DNA from: a virus
Lineage: Duplodnaviria; Caudoviricetes
DNA: 56,984 nucleotides
Direction: 5' to 3' (one strand)
IMG/VR virus record: IMGVR_UViG_3300005326_000011
Location: 1 to 56,984 of that record
The notes under the pieces are model-generated. The model had not been told where the DNA came from, made no database searches, and was given only the letters and a program-made list of their open reading frames with translations. The position numbers and the translations under genes were made by a program. Shown here piece after piece: positions 9,116-18,641 of the stretch (positions are counted from its first letter, which is position 1; each line of letters starts with the position of its first letter).

Positions 9116-9736
9116 ATGATTGCTATCATAATCCCAAGTCGAGGATTTATATTTACAGATGTAATTTCGGCAATTGAAGATGAAAAGAAATATTTTTATG
9201 ATGAGGTTAAAATATTTACTTGTAGTTTGCAAATCCCAGATAGTTTTAATATTTTAACTGAAAAAGCATTAGCTGAGGGGGCAACACATTTATGGTATAT
9301 TGAAGAAGATACAGTTCCAGTTAAGGGGTCACTTAGAAAACTTATATTTTCAAGTGCGGACATTGCCTTTGTAGATTATGGAGTCAATGGTTATAGCTGT
9401 AGTGCAAAAGATAAATTAGGAAAGATTTTATGGGCAGGATTAGGATGTACGATGGTTAAGTCATATGTTTTTGAGAAACTTGATAAACCTTGGTTTAGAA
9501 CAGATAAGTCTTTAAGGCTTAATGATATGAAATGGACTGATAATAAAATGGGGTATGGTGGACAGGATATTTATTTTTATACTAAAGCAAAAGAGGCAGG
9601 ATTTAAAATAGAACAGATTATGGGTGAATGTCGTCATTTAAAACTTGAGAGTATGGGAAAGAGTGAAATAAATAATGGTTTGCATAAAATTGTTGAAAAA
9701 CCTAAAATAAGTAAGTATCAAATTATAAATTTATAA
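9116..9736 (+). CDS. GT-A (GT2-like) glycosyltransferase in the head module
   Basis: IAIIIPSRG, YIEEDT, GLGCTMVK..VFEKL.KPWF and GQDIYF..KAKEAGFKI. Confidence 0.75.
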   Translation: MIAIIIPSRGFIFTDVISAIEDEKKYFYDEVKIFTCSLQIPDSFNILTEKALAEGATHLWYIEEDTVPVKGSLRKLIFSSADIAFVDYGVNGYSCSAKDKLGKILWAGLGCTMVKSYVFEKLDKPWFRTDKSLRLNDMKWTDNKMGYGGQDIYFYTKAKEAGFKIEQIMGECRHLKLESMGKSEINNGLHKIVEKPKISKYQIINL

Positions 9737-9747
9737 ATAGAGAGGAG

Positions 9748-10029
9748 TTGAGTAATATGGCTAATTGGGAAGCGCAAGAAGTTAGAATGGTGAGTCCAAC
9801 AACAACTAACCAATCGGAGGATTTTGAAGCAGGATGTAATGCTTTGTATTTAGTGGCTGATGCTACATGTTTTATTAGCTTTGATGGTCATCCTGCAACT
9901 TCAAGTTCATTTTTAGTTGTTGCGAATCAGTTTTATCACATGGAAAAGTTAAGATTTAAAAAAGTTAATTATATCTGTTCAACTGGGACACCTAAATTAT
10001 ATTTAATTGCATCAAGAGCAACAACATGA
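9748..10029 (+). CDS. Small putative virion protein
   Basis: SD GAGGAG; beta-rich, 93 aa. Confidence 0.55.
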   Translation: MSNMANWEAQEVRMVSPTTTNQSEDFEAGCNALYLVADATCFISFDGHPATSSSFLVVANQFYHMEKLRFKKVNYICSTGTPKLYLIASRATT

Positions 10030-11009
10030 TATTAAAAAGAGATAATTCAAGACTTAAATTAGCTTTAATAAAAAAAAATAGAAGTGAAGCTAAAAAGTCT
10101 GAATTATCTGATAATAATTCATTTATTGAACCTATTAATAGGTTAGTACATGAATTGGATAATATCTCATTTAAACTAAATCAATATCTTAAAACTTCAA
10201 ATGATACGGTTGTTGAAGTTAGTACAGGAACTGAGGAAACTTTAAGGATGTTGAATAAAACAATAGTTGAAACAAAAGATCAACTTAGAATTATACCAGA
10301 TACACTATCGAATGTAGATAAAATTCTTAGTAAAGTAGCTAATATTCCTTTTCCAAAAATTCCTGAAGTTAAGTTCCCTGAAGTTCAGAAAGTTATAGGT
10401 CAAGTTAAAGTTGAAAATCAAATAAATTTATCTGGATTATCCTCAAAATTAGATAAAGTAACACAAGCAATTCAATCTTTAAGGGGTAGGTTGCAACAAA
10501 AAATTGAAGTAGATTTTCCAAAAATTGAATTTCCAAAACAAGAAATACAAAAATCAATCTCTTTAAATGAAGCTAAGGAAATCATAGATACTTTAAGGGA
10601 AGTAAAAGAATCTATAAATAAAATAAATATTCCTAAAGTTAATTTCCCATCAACTATAAATGTTGGTAATTTTCCTCCTCAAAAGTATCCAATGCCCGTA
10701 ACTCATATGTCAATTAATTCACTTCGTGGATTTGTAAAAACAACAGCGATTACTGTTTCATCTTCATTAACTCCATTACCTTCTGAAGTTTTAACAAGTC
10801 GAAGATCTATTATTGTTTACAATAATTCATCTCAAATATTAGAAGTTGGTGGTTCAACATTTACTTTTGGAAACGGATTGCCAATCCCTGCAAATTCATA
10901 TTCTCCACCTCTTGATGCAGGACCTGAAATGATTATTTATGGTCGAGTTGCCTCAAGTACGGCAGATATCCGTGTGATGGAAGTAAGTGATGAATTATCT
11001 GGAAGATAA
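10026..11009 (+). CDS. Putative virion fibre or adaptor protein, paralog A
   Basis: Coiled-coil and FP repeats; C-terminal ~110 aa closely match 13983-14969. Confidence 0.65.
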   Translation: MILKRDNSRLKLALIKKNRSEAKKSELSDNNSFIEPINRLVHELDNISFKLNQYLKTSNDTVVEVSTGTEETLRMLNKTIVETKDQLRIIPDTLSNVDKILSKVANIPFPKIPEVKFPEVQKVIGQVKVENQINLSGLSSKLDKVTQAIQSLRGRLQQKIEVDFPKIEFPKQEIQKSISLNEAKEIIDTLREVKESINKINIPKVNFPSTINVGNFPPQKYPMPVTHMSINSLRGFVKTTAITVSSSLTPLPSEVLTSRRSIIVYNNSSQILEVGGSTFTFGNGLPIPANSYSPPLDAGPEMIIYGRVASSTADIRVMEVSDELSGR

Positions 11010-11011
11010 AT

Positions 11012-13180
11012 ATGTCAATAGGAAACAGAATTGGACAAGCAGATCAACTTCATTTAACAACTCTTGATACCCGTTATTTAAAACTAACAGGTAGTCTTGC
11101 TGAAGTTTCAAATCACTCTCATACAGTACTTACTGATATTGGAACAAATACTCACGCTCAAATAGATACATATATCGCAACAACTGCCCCAGCTACATTT
11201 TTACAGATTTTAAATAACTTATCAGACCTCAATAACGTAGCAACCGCACGTACTAATCTCGGTCTAATAGCAGGTGGAACAGGTGATATCTGGGTAGAAA
11301 AAGCAGGGGATACTATGGTAGGTGCCTTAACCATCAACACCAACTCAACCACCGCTTTTGTAGTCGAGCAGGATGGGGTAAAAGATAATGTCTTAGTAGT
11401 AGATACGACAAATGGGAGGGTGGGTATTAACGTAATACCTTCGGCTGGCGCACTTTCCGTATACGGTACGAGCTATCTAGGTTCTACCGCAGATGCAACC
11501 GCACTTTCTCTTACAGGAAAAACAACTCATTCAGGACAAGTTACTACTTCATCAGGAGCAGGTGCAGTTAATTACTTTGACGGATATGCGTATTCTGGTG
11601 CAGGAAGCCAGCACATGAATACGTTTTTTAGAAACTATACTGTCGCTGGTCAATCGACCATACAGGAGTTTGGTTCAATCTATACCGTACTGTATCACTC
11701 GGCTGGATTTACTTTGCCAGAATGGAAAGGAATTGAGACTGGTGCAGCGTATGTAAGTGGAGCGGGTTCAGTAATTGACGAGGCGTGGGGAATTGATTGT
11801 AGTTTGCCAGCATGTAGCGATGGTGGTACTGTTGGTATTGCAGCGGGTGTGCATATCGGTGCTAGGTCAGTAACAGGGATAACCGATTCGTATGCAATTT
11901 ACTCACTGTTAACCAGACCATCTCTTTTCTCAAGCACGATTCAGGTTAATGATGGAGTTGGTGTAGGATTTGATATATGGCGTGATGGGGGGCAAACCTC
12001 AAATAGAATAACCGCATATCAAGATTCTGCCACATCGGGAGCAAACACTTATTACAGGTTCGCTAGAGGGTCATTGGCAACCCCTGCAAGCGTACAATCC
12101 AGTGATGTTGTTTATAATAATATCGGATATGGATATATTGATGGGAATTTTAGAGAAATAAGCAACATCAGAGCTAGTATATCTGGAACTCCCTCCGCTA
12201 CAAACTACTCATCGGCTTTACTTTTAAGAATTGTAAAAACCAACGAGACTGCGTTATCCACCGTTCTTAGATTTGACCCGACAGGGAATGCTACGTTTGG
12301 TGCATCAGCTGGAACGGGTAATTACAGGGTCTACGTTAGCGGTATCACAAACGCTTCTTCTTACTCGGGAACTGGAAGTTTAACTATTACAACAAACGGG
12401 GCAAAATTCAACTGCTACGAAGACGATGTCGCAACCACAGACGGTTATTTCAAATTGACCAATGCTACTGGTGTGGCTGGAGCATTTACCCCCTTAATGT
12501 CACTAAAGGGAAATAGAACGGGTAGTGCAGCAAACAACCAAATTGTTGCCGATAGTAACTCCGACCTAGTAACTGACACTGGTGAGGTTTTGAATATTTC
12601 ATTGCGGGCGGCAAATGGTGCGGTTACATACAGACCGTTATTGACAATAAGCAACTACACCACAGATATATTAGAAATTAGCAATGCAGGATTATTAACC
12701 TCGTATTATGGGCAATTCATAGATGGTTCATCAGATATAGTTCAGCTTAAAGTACAGGGGCATTCTTCCCAAACTGCAAACCTCACCGAGTGGCAGGATA
12801 GCAGTGCTGTGGTATTAGCTTACATATCACCAACAGGTAGTGCTTTATTCGGTGATAAGGTAGCTTTTACCCAAACAGATGGGAATGAGTACATAGACAG
12901 CTTGGCAGATGGCTACCTAGATATTGGAGCAACCACTCAGATAAGAATGTTAGCTGATACCTATATTGGAGCTAAAAATATCGTTACGGATACAACAACT
13001 GGTACTCAACTTGGAACATCGTCTACTCAAAAAATAGCCCTGTTTGGAGCTACACCTGTAGTGCAACCAGCCCATATAGCCGACCCAACAGGAGGGGCGA
13101 CAGTAGACGCAGAGGCAAGAACAGCTATTAACTCAATTAACGCATTACTTGCAACTTTAGGTCTCACAGCCAGTTCTTAG
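11012..13180 (+). CDS. Tail fibre or receptor-binding protein
   Basis: NNLSDL..VATARTNLGL, KAGDTMVGAL and VDTTNGRVGIN fibre motifs; G/S/T-rich. Confidence 0.8.
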   Translation: MSIGNRIGQADQLHLTTLDTRYLKLTGSLAEVSNHSHTVLTDIGTNTHAQIDTYIATTAPATFLQILNNLSDLNNVATARTNLGLIAGGTGDIWVEKAGDTMVGALTINTNSTTAFVVEQDGVKDNVLVVDTTNGRVGINVIPSAGALSVYGTSYLGSTADATALSLTGKTTHSGQVTTSSGAGAVNYFDGYAYSGAGSQHMNTFFRNYTVAGQSTIQEFGSIYTVLYHSAGFTLPEWKGIETGAAYVSGAGSVIDEAWGIDCSLPACSDGGTVGIAAGVHIGARSVTGITDSYAIYSLLTRPSLFSSTIQVNDGVGVGFDIWRDGGQTSNRITAYQDSATSGANTYYRFARGSLATPASVQSSDVVYNNIGYGYIDGNFREISNIRASISGTPSATNYSSALLLRIVKTNETALSTVLRFDPTGNATFGASAGTGNYRVYVSGITNASSYSGTGSLTITTNGAKFNCYEDDVATTDGYFKLTNATGVAGAFTPLMSLKGNRTGSAANNQIVADSNSDLVTDTGEVLNISLRAANGAVTYRPLLTISNYTTDILEISNAGLLTSYYGQFIDGSSDIVQLKVQGHSSQTANLTEWQDSSAVVLAYISPTGSALFGDKVAFTQTDGNEYIDSLADGYLDIGATTQIRMLADTYIGAKNIVTDTTTGTQLGTSSTQKIALFGATPVVQPAHIADPTGGATVDAEARTAINSINALLATLGLTASS

Positions 13181-13183
13181 GAG

Positions 13184-13465
13184 GTGAAAATTATGATTTT
13201 AAAACTAGAAGTAAATATACCAGACGATAAAGTAACAGGAGTCTTGGCGGACTTTGTGCATTATCATGGGTATCAGGATAAAATAAGTACTATTGTAGAT
13301 AACGAAGAAGTTCAAGTAGATAACCCGCAAACCAAAGCCCAGTTTGCCAAAACTAAAGTGGCAGAGTTTATCAAAAACTCAGTAAAAAGTTACCGTGCTA
13401 ATATATCAGCTGAGGAAGCACGAATAGCTAAAATTGAAGAAGTTGAAGCGATAAGTATAGTATAA
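13184..13465 (+). CDS. Hypothetical protein, possibly fibre-associated
   Basis: SD GGAGGTGA; true start may be ATG 13193. Confidence 0.55.
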   Translation: MKIMILKLEVNIPDDKVTGVLADFVHYHGYQDKISTIVDNEEVQVDNPQTKAQFAKTKVAEFIKNSVKSYRANISAEEARIAKIEEVEAISIV

Positions 13466-13492
13466 TTAATTATTACTAATTATTTCAAATTT

Positions 13493-13810
13493 ATGAAAAT
13501 TCTCATTTCATCTTATATTAAAAACTTTAAAGGTGAGGACATGCTTGATGAGGTTACTAAAAAGCCAGTTGAGGCACGCTCAATTATTGCAACAGCTATG
13601 GTTGCTGAGAATAATGAGAATAAATTAACTCCTGAAAAGAAAAATCAAGCCTTTCAAATTGGTATTAAACTTTACGCTCATGATGAGATTGACCTAACTA
13701 TTGAGCAAATGGCATTTATTAAAGAGAGAGTCGGTATATTTTATGGAGCTTTAGTATATGGCCGAATAAGTGAACTTTTTGACGGAAAAAAAGTTGAAGA
13801 AAAAAAATGA
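13493..13810 (+). CDS. Putative tail fibre chaperone-like protein
   Basis: EKKNQAF.IG.KL..EIDLTIE...IKERVG..YG.LVYGR pattern downstream of the fibre gene. Confidence 0.45.
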   Translation: MKILISSYIKNFKGEDMLDEVTKKPVEARSIIATAMVAENNENKLTPEKKNQAFQIGIKLYAHDEIDLTIEQMAFIKERVGIFYGALVYGRISELFDGKKVEEKK

Positions 13811-13900
13811 GTGAAGATAAAAGCTACTATCAGGAAATTAATCCGCCATTAAGCAAAGTTAAGCGGGAAACCATATAAGCCAGAGAAGTAAATAAAAGAT

Positions 13901-13978
13901 TTGACAATAATAGTTATAATTTGATAGACTAAATTACCCATTAGGAAAATAATTCCACTGAGTTTCAGTGGTTTTTTT
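13901..13978 (+). promoter_or_regulatory. Promoter, conserved leader and intrinsic terminator, copy 2
   Basis: TTGACA-N18-TAGACT with TG; CCATTAGGAAAATAATT; CCACTGA-GTT-TCAGTGG followed by T7. Confidence 0.75.
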
Positions 13979-13982
13979 ATAT

Positions 13983-14969
13983 ATGATATCTCCCAATTTT
14001 TTTAAAAATGAAAATAATCTTCAAAGACAAGAAAAACAAAACATGCTTGGGTCTTTTGTTGATTTAGTTGTACGAAATATTAGGTCAACCCTTGATAATT
14101 TGGCTAAAAACAATATATTTAGGGTAAAGGTTGAAAAAAGTGAAGATAGTCAACTTTTACGTGAAATTGCAGATAAGTTATACTCTCTTGTTGAGTATAG
14201 TAAGATATCAAATGGTAGTAAACTATCTCAAAAGATATCAGTTAAGACAACTGATTTGGTTACTGTAAATAAGGAAATAGAGAATTTACTTCGTAAAATT
14301 GAAGCTAAAGAACTTAAAGTAAATATTCCCGAACTCTCAAAAATTGTTGGAAATGTGGCTGTGACTAATTTTCCAACTGAATTTGATTTTTCAGTTATTT
14401 ACGATGCTCTTGTTGATGTACAAAGGGCAATTAAGCAAATAAAACTTGTTGTTCCGCCTCAAAGGGAGATTAAGTTTCCTGAAATTAAATTTCCAGAACC
14501 AACTTCTCCAATGATTGAGGGAAAACAAATTGTTGAGCTTCTTAAAGTATTAACTGTAGAAATTAAATCACTTCCCTCGAAAATGCCAATAACTCAAATG
14601 CCAACTGGAATGAAAGTGCATGTTGAAAACTTCCCTCCCCAGAAATACCCAATGCCAGTTACTCATATGTCTATAAATTCACTTAATGGTTTTGCTAAAT
14701 CAAGGGCGGTGACCGTAACATCAACTTTAACACCACTTCCCGCTGAGGTTTTAAGTTATAGACGAGCTCTTACTATTTATAATAATTCAAGTCAAACTGT
14801 ATATATTGGAGGGTCTGATGTAACTGTTTCAAATGGACTTCCAATTCCAGCGGGAACTTATTCACCAGCGATTGATGCTGGGTCTCGTATGATTATTTAT
14901 GGAATTGTTTCATCAGCAACCTCAGATATTCGTATATTAGAAGTTTCTGATGAAAATTCAGGACGATAA
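13983..14969 (+). CDS. Putative virion fibre or adaptor protein, paralog B
   Basis: Shares NFPPQKYPMPVTHMSINSL...EVSDE.SGR with 10026-11009. Confidence 0.65.
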   Translation: MISPNFFKNENNLQRQEKQNMLGSFVDLVVRNIRSTLDNLAKNNIFRVKVEKSEDSQLLREIADKLYSLVEYSKISNGSKLSQKISVKTTDLVTVNKEIENLLRKIEAKELKVNIPELSKIVGNVAVTNFPTEFDFSVIYDALVDVQRAIKQIKLVVPPQREIKFPEIKFPEPTSPMIEGKQIVELLKVLTVEIKSLPSKMPITQMPTGMKVHVENFPPQKYPMPVTHMSINSLNGFAKSRAVTVTSTLTPLPAEVLSYRRALTIYNNSSQTVYIGGSDVTVSNGLPIPAGTYSPAIDAGSRMIIYGIVSSATSDIRILEVSDENSGR

Positions 14970-14970
14970 T

Positions 14971-15384
14971 ATGGCAATAACACCAGGGACAGCAACTACA
15001 GCATTTTCCGCAGGAACTGGCGGACTTAATACGATTGGTAAAGTTGGTCCAAATGATTATGAACTTGCTGGAAATACACTTCATGTAAAAAAATATTATA
15101 CAAATGCTGGGGCGGTAACTGATGGGATAGTATGGAGTCCTGCTTCTGGTAAAAGATGGTATATAACAGATATATTTATCAACGTATCAGCGGCTGCAAC
15201 TGTAACACTTGAAGATGATTTAGTAGCTGGAGATAGTGTAGTATGGAAAGCAGAACTTGCCGCAAATAGCGGATGGTCACATTCTTTCACGACCCCCCTT
15301 TATAGTAGCGAGGATGAGGCTGATTTAATTATTACAACAAGTACAGCTACTTGTTATGTAACCATTTGTGGTTATGAAGTGTAA
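14971..15384 (+). CDS. Putative virion beta-sandwich protein
   Basis: Follows paralog B; WSPASGKRWYITDI; Thr/Ala-rich. Confidence 0.55.
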   Translation: MAITPGTATTAFSAGTGGLNTIGKVGPNDYELAGNTLHVKKYYTNAGAVTDGIVWSPASGKRWYITDIFINVSAAATVTLEDDLVAGDSVVWKAELAANSGWSHSFTTPLYSSEDEADLIITTSTATCYVTICGYEV

Positions 15385-15386
15385 AT

Positions 15387-16064
15387 ATGGCAATACAATT
15401 TGATTCATCTTCTAATGGAACTACTACTTCTACAAGTCCTTTAAAGTGGAATCATATATGTACAGGAACAAATTTAGTATTGATTATTGCCGTTGTTGTT
15501 AGGGCAAGTAGTGGTCCAAATTGTACTGGTATAACTTATAATAATATTTCATTAACATTATTGGGTTCAAAAAGGACAACGGGAGCTTCTCCAAATGCAC
15601 AAATAAGTTTATGGTATTTATTAAATCCCGCTATTGGAAGTAATGAAATATCCGTAAGTTTTACTGGAAGTACGGTATCTTGTAATGCTGGAGCTGTTTC
15701 TTGGACTGGAGTATCTCAAAGTGGACAACCAGATGCAGTAAATGGAGTAAGTAATGGTGTTTCAGCCAATCCTTCAATTACAATAACAACTATTTCTGAT
15801 AATTGTTGGGTTGTTGGAGGGTTAGCTTCTACAAGAAGTCCTACTCCTGTATTAACAGATAGATGGACAGGAGCAGTTTCACTAAATTTTGGTAGTCTTG
15901 AAGATACAAATGGTAATGTTACTCCAGCTGGTGATCAAGTAGTTTCTTGGACGTCAACAACTACATTATATGGTATATCAGTAGCTTCATTTTCTCCAGC
16001 TGATGAAACAATAACCTCAGTAAAAGATATTATTAGTTCAGGATTTATTCCTTTTGCAAGATGA
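15387..16064 (+). CDS. Ser/Thr-rich putative virion adhesin domain
   Basis: GTNLVLIIAV..GITYN..SLWYLLNP.IG, a beta-sandwich surface-domain pattern. Confidence 0.55.
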   Translation: MAIQFDSSSNGTTTSTSPLKWNHICTGTNLVLIIAVVVRASSGPNCTGITYNNISLTLLGSKRTTGASPNAQISLWYLLNPAIGSNEISVSFTGSTVSCNAGAVSWTGVSQSGQPDAVNGVSNGVSANPSITITTISDNCWVVGGLASTRSPTPVLTDRWTGAVSLNFGSLEDTNGNVTPAGDQVVSWTSTTTLYGISVASFSPADETITSVKDIISSGFIPFAR

Positions 16065-16294
16065 TATTAGATTATATTAAATCATGTTTATTTATTACTT
16101 TACTTTTTGTAACTATTTTGGCAGTATTAAAAGTTAATGAATATGGGGTAAGCAGTACCACAGTTTGTGGGTTTGTTGAAGCGTGTCGATTTAATAAGGG
16201 TATAATAGAATTACATAATACATATTCAGTATGTAAATATGAAGACTATAAAGAAGCAACAGCCTCGTCAAATTTAGATTTGACAGGACAATAA
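16061..16294 (+). CDS. Hypothetical protein
   Basis: ATGA-coupled ORF that ends within the next promoter. Confidence 0.5.
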   Translation: MILDYIKSCLFITLLFVTILAVLKVNEYGVSSTTVCGFVEACRFNKGIIELHNTYSVCKYEDYKEATASSNLDLTGQ

Positions 16295-16370
16295 CTTATT
16301 TGTTAGTATTATATATCCAATAGGAAAATAATTTCCGCTGGGAGCCGCAAGGTTTCGAGCGATTTTTTTT
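16280..16370 (+). promoter_or_regulatory. Promoter, conserved leader and intrinsic terminator, copy 3
   Basis: TTGACA-N18-TAGTAT with TG; CCAATAGGAAAATAATT; GCAA-capped hairpin followed by T8. Confidence 0.75.
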
Positions 16371-16378
16371 GTAAAAAA

Positions 16379-17125
16379 ATGTCAAAAACACTTTCAACAA
16401 TAAGAACACAAATGAGAAGTTATCTTGATGAGGCTACAGCTTTAGATTGGTCTGACGCTGAGTTAAATAGATTACTTAACATTTATTATCATAAAGTTCG
16501 AGTTAATGCAATTACCGCTTATGAGGATTATTTTGTAACTTCAACAACATTTAGTACAGTTGCTGACCAAGAAGAATATGACAATAGTGACGGAGTTCCA
16601 ACTGATATTTTTAAATTAAGGCGTGTTGAGCTAAATTATGATGTAACAACCACCTCAGGTGCTCCAACTCGATGTTTACCAATATTTAATATAGATGCAG
16701 TAAGACGTGATTTGGGATATGAGAACGCTGGAATTGGTCTTAAAGTATTTGGAAATGCCTATTATTATACTTATGGATATGGAGCAAATACAGTAATTGG
16801 ATTTATTCCAAAACCAGACAAAACAGGAACAAATGCGGTTAAAATTTGGTACATTCCAGAAGTTGCTGATTTATCCTCAGATAGCTCAACTATTGATATT
16901 CCCTATCCAGACCAATACTGGATAAATATAGTTTATGGAGCAATGAGTGAGGCTTTAAGGTTTGGTTCACAAGATACAGATAATGCAGATAAGTTTGACG
17001 CTAAATATGAGCGTGGCACCTTAAAAATGCAGGAGGATCTAAAGGATAAACTGGCAGAGGAGGGGAAATCTGTTATGGATGTTCTAGGAGATAGTATTTC
17101 CGCTGATATGGGCGGACCATATTAA
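16379..17125 (+). CDS. Head-tail adaptor (tubular protein A-like)
   Basis: TLSTIRTQMRSYLDE..WSDAELNRLLN, TVADQEEY and IPKPD patterns. Confidence 0.7.
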   Translation: MSKTLSTIRTQMRSYLDEATALDWSDAELNRLLNIYYHKVRVNAITAYEDYFVTSTTFSTVADQEEYDNSDGVPTDIFKLRRVELNYDVTTTSGAPTRCLPIFNIDAVRRDLGYENAGIGLKVFGNAYYYTYGYGANTVIGFIPKPDKTGTNAVKIWYIPEVADLSSDSSTIDIPYPDQYWINIVYGAMSEALRFGSQDTDNADKFDAKYERGTLKMQEDLKDKLAEEGKSVMDVLGDSISADMGGPY

Positions 17126-17127
17126 GT

Positions 17128-18639
17128 ATGCCAAGTCCAAGATATATAATTCGAGAAAGTAAATTTATCGGTTATAACGATCGTGATCCACCAGAACAGC
17201 TAAAACCAAGATATTTGGCAGACGCTTTAAATTGTTTTTTGAAAACTGGTGAGATTGTTAAAAGAACTGGTTATTCTTTGATTGGAAATGATATCGAACT
17301 TGATAAGCCATGTCAGGGACTATTTGGAGCTAAATTTTCAGATGGAACAAAAGAGTTAATTGGAGTATTTAACGGGTCAATTTATAAATGGACTGGATCT
17401 GGAAATTGGGCTCTTATAACAAGTGGATCTGGGGTACTAAGTACAACCGCCCAGATTGACATAGTCATGGCCAATAACGCAGTTTATTTTTTTGATGGCA
17501 CATCAACCGTTCCAAAATATAATGGGACGGCAATTTCAACAGTTGCGGCAATTCCAAAGGGAAAGTATGCAAAATGGTTTCATAATCAATTACATGTTGC
17601 AAACATTAGTACAAATAAAAACAGATTACAAAGTTCAGTGCTTGGAGATCCAGAAACATTTACGGGGGGAGCATCGTCTGATTTAGATGTAAACCCAAAT
17701 GACGGAGATGAAATTACAGGTCTTCAAACCTTAAAAGATGAGCTTTTTGTTTTTAAAGAAAGACGAGTTTGGGCAGCGACTAACTTTGGCACAGCGGCTC
17801 TCACTCTCTCATCAGTTGAGGAAAGGGCAACTGGACTTGGAACATTATCCAATCGTTCAATAGTTAATACGGGTAATGAGCTCTTTTACATTTCGTTTTC
17901 AGGTAATATTCCACATTTTCGCTCAATTATGAGAACTTTATATGGAGTAATTGTTGACAATGGAATAATTTCTCAGGATATTGAGGGGACAATGAATGGA
18001 TTAAATAAGGCTAAACTTGAAAATACAGCTGGATTTTTTGATGGAAGATATGTCTGGTTTGCTTTAACAAATGGAGCCTCAACCACAAATAATTTAGTTT
18101 TAACTTATGACACAATAACTAAGGGTTGGTCAAGACATACTGGAATAAATGCCTCAGTTATTATTGATTTTTCAGTAACAACAACTCCCCAAGTATATTT
18201 TGGAGAAGCAACTGATGTATCTAAGGCCTATGTTTTTGATAGCTCAACTGATGATAATGGAACCGCTATTAATTTTCAAGTAATTTCAAGGCGATATGGC
18301 GGGGATGAACCTGAACATAAAAATAAATATAAATGGTTATATGTTCGAAGTGAAGAAACTGGAAATTATGATGTAACTGTTGATTATGCAAAAGACGGAT
18401 TTTCATATGACAATTTAGGAACTATAAATCTATCTGGAACAGGCTCAGTGTTTGATAATATTATTCTTGATACATCACGGCTTGGGTCAACTGATTTATC
18501 AAGAGATAGATTTACGTTTCCTAAAAATAGAAGTTATTATTTACAATTTAAACTTTATGATACATCAGCCACAAGTTCAATTACAATTAGGGACTGGGAG
18601 CTGATTTTCATGAAAAAGTTACCAATTTCAGATAAATAA
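17128..18639 (+). CDS. Tail nozzle or DNA stabilisation protein (P22 gp10/T7 gp12-like)
   Basis: Beta-propeller-like 503 aa; NRLQSS.LGDPETF and DGDEITGL...LFVFKE. Confidence 0.7.
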   Translation: MPSPRYIIRESKFIGYNDRDPPEQLKPRYLADALNCFLKTGEIVKRTGYSLIGNDIELDKPCQGLFGAKFSDGTKELIGVFNGSIYKWTGSGNWALITSGSGVLSTTAQIDIVMANNAVYFFDGTSTVPKYNGTAISTVAAIPKGKYAKWFHNQLHVANISTNKNRLQSSVLGDPETFTGGASSDLDVNPNDGDEITGLQTLKDELFVFKERRVWAATNFGTAALTLSSVEERATGLGTLSNRSIVNTGNELFYISFSGNIPHFRSIMRTLYGVIVDNGIISQDIEGTMNGLNKAKLENTAGFFDGRYVWFALTNGASTTNNLVLTYDTITKGWSRHTGINASVIIDFSVTTTPQVYFGEATDVSKAYVFDSSTDDNGTAINFQVISRRYGGDEPEHKNKYKWLYVRSEETGNYDVTVDYAKDGFSYDNLGTINLSGTGSVFDNIILDTSRLGSTDLSRDRFTFPKNRSYYLQFKLYDTSATSSITIRDWELIFMKKLPISDK

Positions 18640-18641
18640 AA

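Noticed and set aside
10660-14969. Diversity-generating retroelement or invertible shufflon between the paralogs
   Set aside because: Differences are mostly synonymous and not adenine-specific; no reverse transcriptase or invertase; the repeats are direct.
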